Shown here: positions 1 through 14,319 of the stretch, in pieces
Position numbering within the stretch: position 1 is the stretch's first letter
How the letters are laid out: the number at the start of each line of letters is the position of its first letter
The notes under the pieces: model-generated
Told to the model about the DNA's origin: nothing
What the model saw: only the letters and a program-made list of their open reading frames with translations
Database searches by the model: none
Translations under genes and position numbers: made by a program
From: Escherichia coli
GTDB lineage: Bacteria; Pseudomonadota; Gammaproteobacteria; Enterobacterales; Enterobacteriaceae
NCBI RefSeq assembly: GCF_046105845.1
Contig: NZ_CP151004.1
Length of the DNA stretch: 64,000 bases
Reading direction: 5' to 3' (one strand)

Positions 1-476
1 GTACCTTCGGTATCCGTAATGATTTGATACAGCTCTTCATCGCTCTGGGCTGCGCGTAAACGGCGGCAGATGGTTTTGTCCGCCAGACGTTTCGCCACCA
101 GCGACAGAGTATGCAGGTGCGTTTTGGTTTGGTCAGCCGGCACCAGCAGGGCAAAAAGTAAATCCACCGGTTGGTTGTCGATGGCATCGAAAGCTATAGG
201 CGTTTCGAGCTGAACGAAAACGCCAACGGCGCGCAGAGTATCTTCTTCCAGTTTGCCATGCGGAATAGCAATACCATTGCCGATACCGGTACTGCCCATT
301 TTTTCCCGCGTCAGGATAGCTTCAAAAACCACCTGAGGCGGCAGGCTAAGTTGTTTCGCCGCCAGCTCGCTGATGATTTCCAGGGCGCGTTTTTTGCTCT
401 GACAGTGGACGCGGCTTCGCGTACATTCCCTGTTAAGAACACTGCTAAGCTGTAGAGTTGTATCATTATTTGTCAT
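1..476 (-). CDS. ptsN: Nitrogen-regulatory PTS EIIA(Ntr) PtsN; C-terminal end lies beyond the window start
   Basis: Minus-strand ATG at 474-476; translation begins MTNNDTTLQLSSVLNRECTRSR and runs off the window edge; lies downstream of hpf as in the rpoN-hpf-ptsN operon. Confidence 0.85.
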   Translation of the reverse strand, partial: MTNNDTTLQLSSVLNRECTRSRVHCQSKKRALEIISELAAKQLSLPPQVVFEAILTREKMGSTGIGNGIAIPHGKLEEDTLRAVGVFVQLETPIAFDAIDNQPVDLLFALLVPADQTKTHLHTLSLVAKRLADKTICRRLRAAQSDEELYQIITDTEG

Positions 477-593
477 AATTTCACCTAAGAACCTGCCCAC
501 TCAAACAGTGGAACAGGCTCGGAGCATTAACCGTACAAATGGCCCGTTGTGCCGCACAACAGGCCGCCATGCACATGCTAATTGCCCGGACAA

Positions 594-881
594 TTAGTGT
601 TGTTTCAGTTTATCTTTATGTTTGGTCAACTGGCGTGCCAGCTTATCAATTAAGCCATCAATGGCAGCGTACATGTCCTGACCTTCCGCGCTGGCATGAA
701 TTTCACCACCGTTTACATGCAGTGTTGCATCTGAGGTGTGGGTGACTTTCTCCACTTTCAGAACAACATAGACCTGGTTGATTCGGTCAAAATATTGCTC
801 AAGTTTGGCAAATTTGGCTGTAACAAATTCGCGCAGTGCCTCGGTGATCTCGACGTTATTTCCGGTAATGTTGAGCTGCAT
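594..881 (-). CDS. hpf: Ribosome hibernation promoting factor (YhbH), 95 aa
   Basis: ORF 594..965 contains the conserved start MQLNITGNNVEITEALREF 28 codons in; CAT (ATG on minus) at 879-881. Confidence 0.9.
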   Translation of the reverse strand: MQLNITGNNVEITEALREFVTAKFAKLEQYFDRINQVYVVLKVEKVTHTSDATLHVNGGEIHASAEGQDMYAAIDGLIDKLARQLTKHKDKLKQH

Positions 882-903
882 AGTGTCTTCCTTATCGGTT
901 GGG

Positions 904-2337
904 TCAAACGAGCTGTTTACGCTGGTTTGACGGCGGAATGGATAAAGACTCTCGGTACTTCGCAACAGTGCGGCGTGCCACCATGATACCTTGTTCCGAC
1001 AGCAAAGAGGTTAACTTGCTGTCGCTCAACGGCTTCGCTGGGTTTTCCGCCGCGATTAATTTCTTCACCAGTGCACGAATCGCCGTGGAGGAGGCTTCGC
1101 CGCCGCCCTCGGTATTGACGTGACTGGAAAAGAAATACTTCAGTTCAAAAATGCCTCGTGGACTATGCAGGTATTTTTGCGTGGTCACGCGAGATATCGT
1201 CGATTCATGCATTTCGACAGCCTGGGCGATATCGGCCAGTACCATCGGTTTCATATATTCTTCGCCTTGCTCAAAGAAGGCTTGCTGCTGTTCAACGATA
1301 CAGCGACTCACGCGCAGTAGCGTATCGTTACGGCTTTCCAGACTCTTGATCAACCATTTGGCATCCTGCAGATTGCTGCGGATAAACTGGCTGTCACCAT
1401 CGTTGCGCGCGTTATTGCACATCGAGGCGTAGTGCTGGTTGATTTGCAGACGCGGAATGCTGTCACTGTTGAGTTCTACCGTCCAGTGACCGTTATGCTT
1501 ACGCACCAGCACATCTGGAATGACATACTCAGGTTCGCCAGTCTGGATCGACTGCCCGGGGCGCGGATCGAGCGACTGGATCAGATTGACGGCTTCTTTC
1601 AGCACATCTTCTTTCAGACGCGTGACGCGCATTAAAGTGCGGAAGTCGTGATTGGCTAACAGATCGAGATGATCGCTAATAATCAGTCTGGCCTCTTCCA
1701 GCCACGGCGTGGTCTTATCGAATTGGGAGAGTTGGATCAGCAGACAGTCACGCAGATCTTTTGCCGCCACACCGACCGGATCAAACCGTTGGATCCGCTT
1801 AAGGACGGCTTCAACTTCGTCGATGTCGATCTCTTCATCGCCCATACTTTCGAGAATATCTTCCAGCGGGACAGTCAGATAACCGGTGTCATCAACGGCA
1901 TCGACGATAGAGGTAGCAATAGCGCGGTCAGTGTCAGAAAACGGTGTCAACTCGACCTGCCACATCAGGTAATCCTGCAAGGTCTGCGTCGTTTCGCCCT
2001 GATAGACCGGCAGCTCGTCGTCAATGTAGTCACCGCTGGTGCCGGATGGTGTACCAGCGGTGTAAATGGTGTCCCAACTGGCATCGAGCGGCAGCTCTTC
2101 CGGCATCTCTTTTTGTTCGAGCGCGTCGGCGGTGTCCAGCGTTTCACTGTCTTGCGTTTCGCGGGTGTCGATTTCTTCATGAGTGTCGATTTGCTCAAGC
2201 AGCGGATTACTCTCCAGCGCCTGCTGTAGCTCCTGCTGAAGTTCCAGCGTCGACAACTGCAACAGACGAATTGCCTGTTGGAGCTGTGGCGTCATCGCCA
2301 GTTGTTGGCTAAGCCTGAGTTGCAAACCTTGCTTCAT
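904..2337 (-). CDS. rpoN: RNA polymerase sigma-54 factor, 477 aa
   Basis: ORF-track protein [27 protein letters not shown] with Gln/Leu-rich region I and C-terminal RpoN-box region [10 protein letters not shown]. Confidence 0.95.
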   Translation of the reverse strand: MKQGLQLRLSQQLAMTPQLQQAIRLLQLSTLELQQELQQALESNPLLEQIDTHEEIDTRETQDSETLDTADALEQKEMPEELPLDASWDTIYTAGTPSGTSGDYIDDELPVYQGETTQTLQDYLMWQVELTPFSDTDRAIATSIVDAVDDTGYLTVPLEDILESMGDEEIDIDEVEAVLKRIQRFDPVGVAAKDLRDCLLIQLSQFDKTTPWLEEARLIISDHLDLLANHDFRTLMRVTRLKEDVLKEAVNLIQSLDPRPGQSIQTGEPEYVIPDVLVRKHNGHWTVELNSDSIPRLQINQHYASMCNNARNDGDSQFIRSNLQDAKWLIKSLESRNDTLLRVSRCIVEQQQAFFEQGEEYMKPMVLADIAQAVEMHESTISRVTTQKYLHSPRGIFELKYFFSSHVNTEGGGEASSTAIRALVKKLIAAENPAKPLSDSKLTSLLSEQGIMVARRTVAKYRESLSIPPSNQRKQLV

Positions 2338-2384
2338 GTTCAGAATCGTACTCTCCTGCTAAAACGTCGCAAACTTCTACCCTA

Positions 2385-3110
2385 TCAGAGTCTGAAGTCT
2401 TCCCCAAGGTATACACGCTTAACGTGTTCGTCTTGTAAGATTTCTGTAGGCGTGCCGTGGGCGATCAAATGCCCCTGACTGACGATATAAGCGCGTTCAC
2501 AAACCGCCAGTGTTTCACGCACGTTGTGGTCAGTGATCAGTACGCCCAAGCCGCTGTCGCGCAGGTGTTCAATGATGCGTTTAATGTCGATAACCGAGAT
2601 CGGGTCAACCCCGGCAAACGGTTCGTCGAGCAGAATAAATTTCGGATTCGCAGCCAGTGCGCGGGCAATTTCTACACGGCGACGTTCACCCCCGGAGAGT
2701 GACTGCCCCATGCTGTCACGCAGGTGCTCAATGTGAAACTCTTCCATCAGCTCGTTCGCGCGGTCTTCACGTTGTTCAGCAGACAAGTCGTCACGAATTT
2801 GCAGTACCGCCATCAGGTTATCGTAAACGCTGAGGCGACGGAAAATGGAGGCTTCCTGTGGCAGATAGCCGATACCGCGGCGCGCGCGTGCATGCAGAGG
2901 CAGCAGACTGATATCGTCATCATCAATAATGATGTTGCCCGCATCGCGCGGCACAATGCCTACAACCATGTAGAAAGTGGTGGTCTTACCGGCACCGTTT
3001 GGCCCCAGCAGACCGACAATTTCCCCGGAGTTGACGGTCAGGCTGACGTCTTCTACCACGCGACGGCCTTTATAGGCTTTTGCAAGGTTCTTTGCAGTTA
3101 ATGTTGCCAT
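2385..3110 (-). CDS. lptB: LPS export ABC transporter ATPase, 241 aa
   Basis: [24 protein letters not shown]; Walker [10 protein letters not shown]; ABC signature LSGGERRR. Confidence 0.95.
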
Positions 3111-3116
3111 AACGAA

Positions 3117-3674
3117 TTAATTACCCTTCTTCTGTGCCGGGGTCTGGCCTTTGTTGTTTTTGTCCTGCAGCTGCGACGGCACCAGAACGGTGGTTACGCG
3201 CTTACCTTTGTCGCTGAAAGCCTGCATTTTCTGCTCTTTCACCAGGTAAGTGATCTTATCGCCCTTAATGTTGCTATCGACCTGCTGCAGATAAGCATTA
3301 CCCGTCAGAACGACAAAATCTTTTGCCAGTTCGTAGTGCATCTGGGAAGCGTGACCTTCAACGGGTTTACCATTGTCCTGCATCTGGTAGAACGTTGCCG
3401 GTTTACCGTAGCCGTCAATCACTTCTTTACCTTGTTCGCCGCCCGGACGGGTAACGACCACTTTGTCGGCATTAATTTTGATGGTGCCCTGGGTGACGAT
3501 GACATTACCGGTAAAGGTAACCACGTTGCCTTGCATATCAAGAGATTGCTGGTCCGATTCAATGTGGATCGGCTGATCAGTGTCTCCGGTTACGGCAAAT
3601 GCCGGAATGCTGGCGGCCAGAAGTGAGCTGGCAAGCACAAGATTAAGGCTGAGTTTGTTTGTTTTGAATTTCAT
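3117..3674 (-). CDS. lptA: Periplasmic LPS transport protein LptA
   Basis: ORF 3117..3695 with conserved start MKFKTNKLSLNLVLASSLLAASIPAFA (signal peptide) 7 codons in; ATG at 3672-3674 on minus strand. Confidence 0.93.
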   Translation of the reverse strand: MKFKTNKLSLNLVLASSLLAASIPAFAVTGDTDQPIHIESDQQSLDMQGNVVTFTGNVIVTQGTIKINADKVVVTRPGGEQGKEVIDGYGKPATFYQMQDNGKPVEGHASQMHYELAKDFVVLTGNAYLQQVDSNIKGDKITYLVKEQKMQAFSDKGKRVTTVLVPSQLQDKNNKGQTPAQKKGN

Positions 3675-4218
3675 AGGATGTTCTAACCTTTTCAATCAGC
3701 TCGGCGTTCTTGCTGCGTAAGTTGCCGCGCATTTTCAGACCGCTGGAGTTAAATGTTGTTCCGTATAACGTGACGAGGTCTTCAGAGGTAACATCCTGCG
3801 TCACCAGATTGATCTGCGCGTTATCCGTCGTGATTCTGCGAAGTTGAGAGTCCGGCACAAGTGCGTTGACTTCAACGTGTCCATATAAATAGAGCATCCG
3901 GTCATTGGTCAGCTTGGCTTTATCTGCTTTTACGGACCATGTCGGGATTTTATCCTTATCAAACGTGGTAAGTACCGGCTGCGTAAACCACGAAACGGCC
4001 TGATCGGAATAATATTCAACATGTTGAGCAATCAATCGATAGCTTAGTGCCCCTTCTGGGTTATAGACGAGCGTGTCCGTATGCTCGCTTTTATAGGTGG
4101 GATCATTGTTGTTGACGACCACCTGGGCGGTATCGTCTTTTTCGGCCATATTAATGCCGATCATCACCAGAACCGCCAGTGATAGCACAATGATAACCCA
4201 ACGTCTGGCTTTACTCAT
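3643..4218 (-). CDS. lptC: Inner-membrane LPS transport protein LptC, 191 aa
   Basis: MSKARRWVIIVLSLAVLVMIGINMAEK N-terminal membrane anchor; 3' end overlaps the lptA start by about 32 nt. Confidence 0.93.
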   Translation of the reverse strand: MSKARRWVIIVLSLAVLVMIGINMAEKDDTAQVVVNNNDPTYKSEHTDTLVYNPEGALSYRLIAQHVEYYSDQAVSWFTQPVLTTFDKDKIPTWSVKADKAKLTNDRMLYLYGHVEVNALVPDSQLRRITTDNAQINLVTQDVTSEDLVTLYGTTFNSSGLKMRGNLRSKNAELIEKVRTSYEIQNKQTQP

Positions 4219-4781
4219 ATCGATTGCCCTTTGGCTTCATCCAGTTTGCCCTGCGCCAGGAGTAATAAGTCGCAAACTTCACGCACTGCACCACGACCGC
4301 CAGCAATGCGCGTCACGTAATCGGCGCGCGGGAGCAACAGTGGATGCGCATCGGCCACGGCGACGCTTAAACCCACTTTTTCCATTACCGGCCAGTCGAT
4401 GAGATCATCGCCGACATAAGCCACATTTTCCGGGGCAATCGCCAGTTTTTCCAGCAAATCGCTAAAGGCGATCAGTTTGTTTGACTGCCCCTGATACAAG
4501 TGAGTGATCCCCAATGTGGCACAACGATCTTCTACCAGTTTAGCCTTTCGCCCGGTAATGATAGCGACTTCAATATCAGAGGTGAGCGCACAACGAATGC
4601 CATAACCGTCACGAACATTGAACGCTTTCAGCTCTTCGCCGTTATTGCCCATATAAATCAGGCCATCTGACAGTACGCCATCGACATCGAGGATCAGCAG
4701 ACGAATGTTCTCTGCTTTTGCTATAACGTCGGCGCTGACAGGGCCGTAACAGGTCGCAAGCGACGCACCTGCTTTGCTCAT
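4215..4781 (-). CDS. kdsC: 3-deoxy-D-manno-octulosonate 8-phosphate phosphatase, 188 aa
   Basis: MSKAGASLATCYGPVSADVIAKAENIRLLILDVDGVLSDG (HAD motif DVDGV); stop overlaps the lptC start. Confidence 0.93.
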   Translation of the reverse strand: MSKAGASLATCYGPVSADVIAKAENIRLLILDVDGVLSDGLIYMGNNGEELKAFNVRDGYGIRCALTSDIEVAIITGRKAKLVEDRCATLGITHLYQGQSNKLIAFSDLLEKLAIAPENVAYVGDDLIDWPVMEKVGLSVAVADAHPLLLPRADYVTRIAGGRGAVREVCDLLLLAQGKLDEAKGQSI

Positions 4782-4801
4782 TGTTGTTTATCCTTGAATC
4801 T

Positions 4802-5788
4802 TTACACTACGCCTGCACGCAGTAAATCATGCATATGTAACACACCGAGTAAATGGTCGCCATCGGCAACCATCACGGAGGTGATATGGCGGGACTGCAT
4901 TAAGTTCAGTGCCTCAACGGCCAGAATGCCAGGGCGCACGCGTATTCCCCCCGGCGTCATAACATCGGCAATACTTAACTGACGAACATCCACGCCCATA
5001 TCGAAGACACGGCGTAAATCACCGTCGGTAAAGATGCCTTCAATCATCATATTGTCATCGCAAATGACAGTCATACCAAGATTTTTGCGGGTAACTTCCA
5101 GCAATGCGTCACGCAGACTGGCCGTTTTCTTAACATGCGGGATCTCATCGCCCGTATGCATAATATCGTTTACGCGCAGCAGAAGTTTACGACCCAGTGC
5201 GCCGCCTGGGTGTGAGAGCGCAAAATCTTCAGCAGTAAAGCCGCGTGCTTTTAACAGAGCGACAGCGAGGGCATCGCCCATAACCAGCGTGGCGGTGGTG
5301 CTGCTGGTCGGTGCCAGCCCTAACGGACAGGCTTCTTTCGCTACTTTAACACACAGATGCACATCTGCGGCGCGCGCCATGCTGCTCTCCGGGCGACCGG
5401 TGATGCAGATTAACGGTACGTGAAGACGCTTAAGCACTGGAATTAAGGCCGTGATTTCGCTGGATTCACCTGAGTTAGAGATAGCAATCACCACATCCTG
5501 TGGGGTGACCATGCCTAAATCACCATGCGCGGCTTCACCAGGATGGACGAAAAATGAAGGTGTACCGGTGCTGGCAAACGTTGCCGCCATTTTGCGCCCA
5601 ATATGCCCCGATTTCCCCATCCCCATGACGACAACTTTCCCTTTACACCAGAACATCTTTTCACAGGCAAGCGTGAAATTCTGATTGATGTATTGATCAA
5701 GCTCCGCCAGGCATTCACGTTCAATCGCCAGGACTTCTTTACCTGCTTGCTGAAAGTCAAAACCCGGTTGTAACTCTACGTGCGACAT
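4802..5788 (-). CDS. kdsD: D-arabinose 5-phosphate isomerase (SIS + CBS domains)
   Basis: ORF 4802..5809; conserved start MSHVELQPGFDFQQAGKEVL 7 codons in; ATG at 5786-5788 on minus strand. Confidence 0.93.
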   Translation of the reverse strand: MSHVELQPGFDFQQAGKEVLAIERECLAELDQYINQNFTLACEKMFWCKGKVVVMGMGKSGHIGRKMAATFASTGTPSFFVHPGEAAHGDLGMVTPQDVVIAISNSGESSEITALIPVLKRLHVPLICITGRPESSMARAADVHLCVKVAKEACPLGLAPTSSTTATLVMGDALAVALLKARGFTAEDFALSHPGGALGRKLLLRVNDIMHTGDEIPHVKKTASLRDALLEVTRKNLGMTVICDDNMMIEGIFTDGDLRRVFDMGVDVRQLSIADVMTPGGIRVRPGILAVEALNLMQSRHITSVMVADGDHLLGVLHMHDLLRAGVV

Positions 5789-5801
5789 AATGCGTTTCCA
5801 G

Positions 5802-6779
5802 TTATTCAACGAGTATTGGCGATAACCAGTACAACATCGCCAGCCATACGATAAATCCGCCAGTTAATAATACCCCTACACCACGGCCCGATTGCGGGGA
5901 GCGCCGCCAGCACAGCAACGCAAAAATAATGCTCACCAGCAACATCACGCTGTAGTCACGACTGTACGCCAGTGGATCAATCTCTCCTGGCGTTATCAGC
6001 GCGGGTAAACCCAACACGATGACAATATTAAAAATGTTTGCGCCAATGATATTTCCGACCGCAATGTCGTTTTCACCTTTGCGAACCCCCGCTATTGCGG
6101 TTGCCAGTTCCGGCAGGCTGGTTCCGATAGCAATTGCCGTCAGACCCATCGTCAACTCGCTGATGGCAAAGTAATTCGCCAGCACCGTGGCGTTATCAAC
6201 CACCATCCGCGTGGCCACTGGCATGATGATAAGCGCAATGCCGAGCCATAAAAACGCGACGGGCAATCCGCCGTCACGCGGCAGCTCTGCAAGCTGCTCT
6301 CTGGTCAGGCTGTCAGTCCCCTGACGTTCAGCCTGACGTGCAAGTTTAACAATGAACAGCAGCCATAGCACAGCCAGAAAGAGGAGAAAGATACCATCGC
6401 TGCGACTAAGTTGTCCGTCATAGAGTACGGAACCGGCCACCACGCTGACCAACAACATTAAGGGTAATTCACGGCGTAGAACATCAGAATGGACGGTAAA
6501 AGGACGAACCAGCGCAGCCAGACCGAGGATCAGCAATATATTGATAATGTTTGAGCCGAGGGCTGTACCAACGGCTAAATTGCGTTGTTCGTGCAGTGAC
6601 GCGGCAAGCGAGACGATGATTTCTGGTAACGATGTACCAATACTGACCACCGTCATGCCGATGATCAGCGGCGGGATGCCAAAGGTTCGGCAAAGAATGG
6701 ACGCGGCAAAAACCAGGCGGTCGGCACTGTAAACGACCAAAAGTAAACCAACAATTAACAGTGCCGTAGCTAAAAGCAT
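5802..6779 (-). CDS. yrbG: Na+/Ca2+ exchanger family inner-membrane protein, 325 aa
   Basis: MLLATALLIVGLLLVVYSADRLVFAASILCRTFGIPPLIIGMTVVSIGTSLPE; duplicated GTSLPE motifs. Confidence 0.9.
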   Translation of the reverse strand: MLLATALLIVGLLLVVYSADRLVFAASILCRTFGIPPLIIGMTVVSIGTSLPEIIVSLAASLHEQRNLAVGTALGSNIINILLILGLAALVRPFTVHSDVLRRELPLMLLVSVVAGSVLYDGQLSRSDGIFLLFLAVLWLLFIVKLARQAERQGTDSLTREQLAELPRDGGLPVAFLWLGIALIIMPVATRMVVDNATVLANYFAISELTMGLTAIAIGTSLPELATAIAGVRKGENDIAVGNIIGANIFNIVIVLGLPALITPGEIDPLAYSRDYSVMLLVSIIFALLCWRRSPQSGRGVGVLLTGGFIVWLAMLYWLSPILVE

Positions 6780-6988
6780 CTAACGTCCTTTCTTCAGGTA
6801 TACTCGCCGGTCCGCTGAAGATTTTCAGAAAGCCGTAACGGATTCTTAATTTTGACTTTATGCGGCTAAAAAGTAAAACAAATGCCAGCTTTCGCTAACC
6901 ACGGCGGGTAATATTCTGTAAATATGTTGGGTTCAAGGTTAAATTGAGCGCCATGCTTAGAAAATCAACGCAAGACGAAGGGTGAATT

Positions 6989-8588
<1,600 letters not shown>

Positions 8589-8592
8589 GTTC

Positions 8593-9144
8593 ATGCAAAC
8601 GAAAAAAAATGAAATTTGGGTGGGTATCTTTTTATTAGCAGCACTACTGGCGGCGCTGTTTGTTTGCCTGAAGGCGGCGAACGTGACGTCCATACGTACT
8701 GAACCGACCTACACGCTTTATGCGACGTTCGATAACATTGGCGGCCTGAAAGCGCGCTCTCCGGTCAGCATTGGTGGTGTTGTTGTGGGCCGGGTGGCGG
8801 ATATTACGCTGGACCCGAAAACATATCTGCCGCGCGTAACGCTGGAAATTGAACAACGTTATAACCACATTCCTGATACCAGTTCGCTGAGCATTCGTAC
8901 TTCCGGCCTGCTGGGGGAACAATATCTGGCATTAAACGTCGGTTTTGAAGACCCGGAACTGGGGACTGCTATCCTGAAGGATGGCGATACAATTCAGGAC
9001 ACCAAGTCTGCGATGGTGCTGGAAGATCTTATTGGTCAGTTCCTTTACGGTAGTAAAGGCGATGACAATAAGAATAGTGGCGATGCGCCAGCTGCTGCGC
9101 CAGGTAATAATGAAACCACTGAACCTGTGGGTACAACGAAATAA
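8593..9144 (+). CDS. mlaD: MCE-domain periplasmic phospholipid-binding protein MlaD
   Basis: ORF 8578..9144; conserved start MQTKKNEIWVGIFLLAALLAALFV at ATG 8593. Confidence 0.93.
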   Translation: MQTKKNEIWVGIFLLAALLAALFVCLKAANVTSIRTEPTYTLYATFDNIGGLKARSPVSIGGVVVGRVADITLDPKTYLPRVTLEIEQRYNHIPDTSSLSIRTSGLLGEQYLALNVGFEDPELGTAILKDGDTIQDTKSAMVLEDLIGQFLYGSKGDDNKNSGDAPAAAPGNNETTEPVGTTK

Positions 9145-9797
<653 letters not shown>

Positions 9798-9798
<1 letters not shown>

Positions 9799-10091
9799 TG
9801 AGCGAGTCACTGAGCTGGATGCAGACGGGTGACACGCTGGCGCTATCCGGAGAGCTGGATCAGGACGTTCTGCTACCGCTTTGGGAAATGCGTGAGGAAG
9901 CGGTGAAGGGGATTACCTGCATCGATCTTAGCCGTGTGTCCCGCGTGGATACGGGTGGACTGGCACTGCTGCTCCATCTTATCGATCTGGCGAAAAAGCA
10001 GGGCAACAACGTGACGCTTCAGGGGGTAAACGATAAAGTGTATACCCTGGCGAAATTGTATAATTTGCCTGCTGATGTTCTGCCTCGTTAA
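9798..10091 (+). CDS. mlaB: STAS-domain protein MlaB, 97 aa
   Basis: Start ATG 9798-9800 overlaps the mlaC stop (TAATG); MSESLSWMQTGDTLALSGELDQDVLLPLWEMREE. Confidence 0.9.
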
Positions 10092-10250
10092 ATTTTTTCA
10101 GGCCGGATATGGCGTTAACCGCCGGTCCGGCAAACCTGCCTGCAAGTCGAGCCTTGTCTGATTTATCAGCGAGGCTTTTTGCTTATTTATGCCAGCGCAA
10201 CTTTGCTCTAAGATGTTTCGCTGGTTTATTAACTGATGATTGAAGATCCC

Positions 10251-10505
10251 ATGGAAAATAATGAAATTCAGAGCGTGTTGATGAACGCTCTCTCCCTCCA
10301 GGAAGTCCACGTTTCCGGCGATGGCAGCCACTTTCAGGTTATTGCCGTGGGTGAGTTGTTTGACGGCATGAGTCGGGTTAAAAAACAGCAGACGGTCTAT
10401 GGCCCGCTGATGGAATATATTGCGGATAACCGCATTCATGCTGTGTCGATCAAAGCGTATACCCCTGCGGAGTGGGCGCGCGATCGCAAACTGAACGGCT
10501 TTTGA
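10251..10505 (+). CDS. ibaG: BolA-family acid-stress protein IbaG (YrbA), 84 aa
   Basis: ORF 10236..10505; conserved start [33 protein letters not shown] at ATG 10251. Confidence 0.9.
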
Positions 10506-10559
10506 GCTATGGGCGATTCGCCGGTAGCGGATATGAATTGTTAACTGAGAACAAACTAA

Positions 10560-11819
<1,260 letters not shown>

Positions 11820-11866
11820 TCGTCTGAGAGCTGGCAGCCCCGTTCGCGGGGCTACCGCCAGACCAC

Positions 11867-12145
11867 TCATTTTTTCGGTTTAGTGTAGCTACGCATCAAC
11901 TGCGTTCTGTCGATAAACTCATGGGTCTGCGGATCATGGTAGCGTGATGGCCATATAACCCAGGGGTCAGTTCCCAGGGCTTTCGCAATAATCATCTCTC
12001 CTTTCGGCCAGGGGCGCGATAATGCGTTCGCCAGCGTTGAGGAACTCAAACCATTTCTGCGAGATTCCGCCGCCATTGACGTTCCCTTCTTGCGCAAACC
12101 CGCAATGATGTCAGCGGGATGCCAGTCAATGAAATTACTTTCCAT
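11867..12145 (-). CDS. sfsB: Ner-like DNA-binding transcriptional regulator SfsB (Nlp), 92 aa
   Basis: MESNFIDWHPADIIAGLRKKGTSMAAESRRNGLSSSTLANAL. Confidence 0.88.
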   Translation of the reverse strand: MESNFIDWHPADIIAGLRKKGTSMAAESRRNGLSSSTLANALSRPWPKGEMIIAKALGTDPWVIWPSRYHDPQTHEFIDRTQLMRSYTKPKK

Positions 12146-12339
12146 CTTTCCTCACTCCTTAAGTTAGTCGCTTTCATTCAGAACACTTCTTCTGTCGAGC
12201 ATCACTATACTCCTGATGGCCTATTGTTCTAAAAAGTTCCTGTAAAGAGTGTGAATATTCAGAATATATAAAGATACATACACTGGTTTTTCAGGCGTTA
12301 TTGCGCTGAATAAGTGTTTTTATGGAACATATTGGAATC

Positions 12340-12364
12340 ATCCCGCGCACTGCGCGGGATGAGG
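12340..12364 (-). terminator. Perfect palindrome just downstream of the ispB stop; possible terminator or REP-like hairpin
   Basis: catcccgcgcactgcgcgggatg palindrome about 10 bp past ispB 3' end; no clean U-tract. Confidence 0.35.
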
Positions 12365-12373
12365 GGGAGGGGA

Positions 12374-13345
12374 TTAACGATCGCGTTGAACAGCGATGTG
12401 CGCGAGGCCGATGAGTGCTTCTCGCCACGGGGTGTCCGGGAGCACCTGTAACGCTGCGATGGCTTTGTCTGCTTCTTCCTCGGCACGCTGACGCGTCCAT
12501 TCAAGAGATCCACAAGCGTTCATTGCTTCCAGAACCGGTTCCAGAAGATGGCGACCGTTACCCTGTTCGATGGCGGTACGAATCATCTGTGCCTGTTCTG
12601 GTGTGCCATGATGCATTGCATGCAGCAGCGGCAGCGTCGGTTTACCTTCGTTCAGATCGTCGCCGACGTTTTTACCTAACTGTTCGCCATCGGCATTGTA
12701 ATCGAGTAAATCGTCGATCAACTGGAAAGCAGTGCCGAGATAGCGCCCATAATCCTGCAGGCCTTTCTCCTCCTCCGGCGTACAGCCAGCCAGAATCCCG
12801 GAACACTGCGCGGCAGCCTCAAACAGACGCGCGGTTTTGCTATAGATAACGCGCATGTAGTTTTCTTCAGTGATGTCCGGATCGTTAACGTTCATCAGTT
12901 GCAGAACTTCACCTTCTGCGATGACGTTTACGGCTTCTGACATGACTTCCAGCACTTTGAGCGAACCGAGGCTGGTCATCATCTGGAACGCGCGGGTATA
13001 AATAAAATCGCCTACCAGCACGCTGGCGGCATTGCCAAATGCGGCGTTGGCGGTAGCTTTACCCCTGCGCATATCTGATTCATCCACAACGTCGTCGTGC
13101 AGCAGAGTCGCCGTGTGGATAAACTCGATCAGGGCAGCAATGGTGACATGCGCATTTCCCTCATAGCCAACAGCTCGTGCAGCCAGTACAGCAATCATCG
13201 GACGAATACGTTTACCGCCGCCGCTGACGATGTAATAGCCTAACTGATTGATCAGTTGGACGTCGGAATTAAGCTGCTCAAGGATTGCCGCATTAACACC
13301 CGCCATATCTTGCGCGGTTAACTCATTGATTTTTTCTAAATTCAT
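12374..13345 (-). CDS. ispB: Octaprenyl diphosphate synthase, 323 aa
   Basis: MNLEKINELTAQDMAGVNAAILEQL; polyprenyl synthase Asp-rich motifs LLHDDVVDESDMRRG and FQLIDDLLD. Confidence 0.95.
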   Translation of the reverse strand: MNLEKINELTAQDMAGVNAAILEQLNSDVQLINQLGYYIVSGGGKRIRPMIAVLAARAVGYEGNAHVTIAALIEFIHTATLLHDDVVDESDMRRGKATANAAFGNAASVLVGDFIYTRAFQMMTSLGSLKVLEVMSEAVNVIAEGEVLQLMNVNDPDITEENYMRVIYSKTARLFEAAAQCSGILAGCTPEEEKGLQDYGRYLGTAFQLIDDLLDYNADGEQLGKNVGDDLNEGKPTLPLLHAMHHGTPEQAQMIRTAIEQGNGRHLLEPVLEAMNACGSLEWTRQRAEEEADKAIAALQVLPDTPWREALIGLAHIAVQRDR

Positions 13346-13489
13346 CGCAAAAGCCGGGCTTTTCGCCCCGATTACCTTACTGTGAACAAAGGCAACTTAG
13401 GGTTTATGGTTAGGAATATAGGGTGATTGTACTGAAAAAATGGCACAGATAAACGTTACCGTACAAGTTGTGTTTTTTTTCTTCGTGTA

Positions 13490-13531
13490 TTGACTGTAGC
13501 ACTTGTCAAAGGCGTGCGTTTTGCGTAATAT
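13490..13531 (+). promoter_or_regulatory. Candidate sigma70 promoter for rplU-rpmA
   Basis: TTGTCA (13503-13508), 17-bp spacer, TAATAT (13526-13531), followed by GC-rich discriminator tcgcgccc; T-tract upstream. Confidence 0.5.
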
Positions 13532-13567
13532 TCGCGCCCTATTGTGAATATTTATAGCGCACTCTGA

Positions 13568-14193
<626 letters not shown>

Positions 14194-14218
14194 GTTTTTC
14201 GCGTCCCGGTAACGGATG

Positions 14219-14250
14219 AAAGCCCCGCAACACGTTGCGGGGCTTTTTAC
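14219..14250 (+). terminator. Rho-independent terminator after rpmA
   Basis: aaagccccgcaacacgttgcggggcttttta: GC stem plus T-run. Confidence 0.8.
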
Positions 14251-14319
14251 ATTCGATAACCGGTAAAAATGCGCATGGTGCGACGTTAATTCGCAAATGC
14301 GCTTTGCAGGGAATACGGT

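Noticed and set aside
171-455. 94-aa plus-strand ORF at the window start
   Set aside because: Entirely antisense to ptsN, whose minus-strand translation is unmistakable.
10100-10135. Possible REP-like palindrome gccggatatggcgttaaccgccggtccggc between mlaB and ibaG
   Set aside because: Resembles REP only loosely and the stem is imperfect; not confident enough to call.
11832-11856. Hairpin gcagccccgttcgcggggctac between murA and sfsB as a terminator
   Set aside because: Good GC stem but no U-tract on either strand, so it cannot be called an intrinsic terminator from sequence alone.
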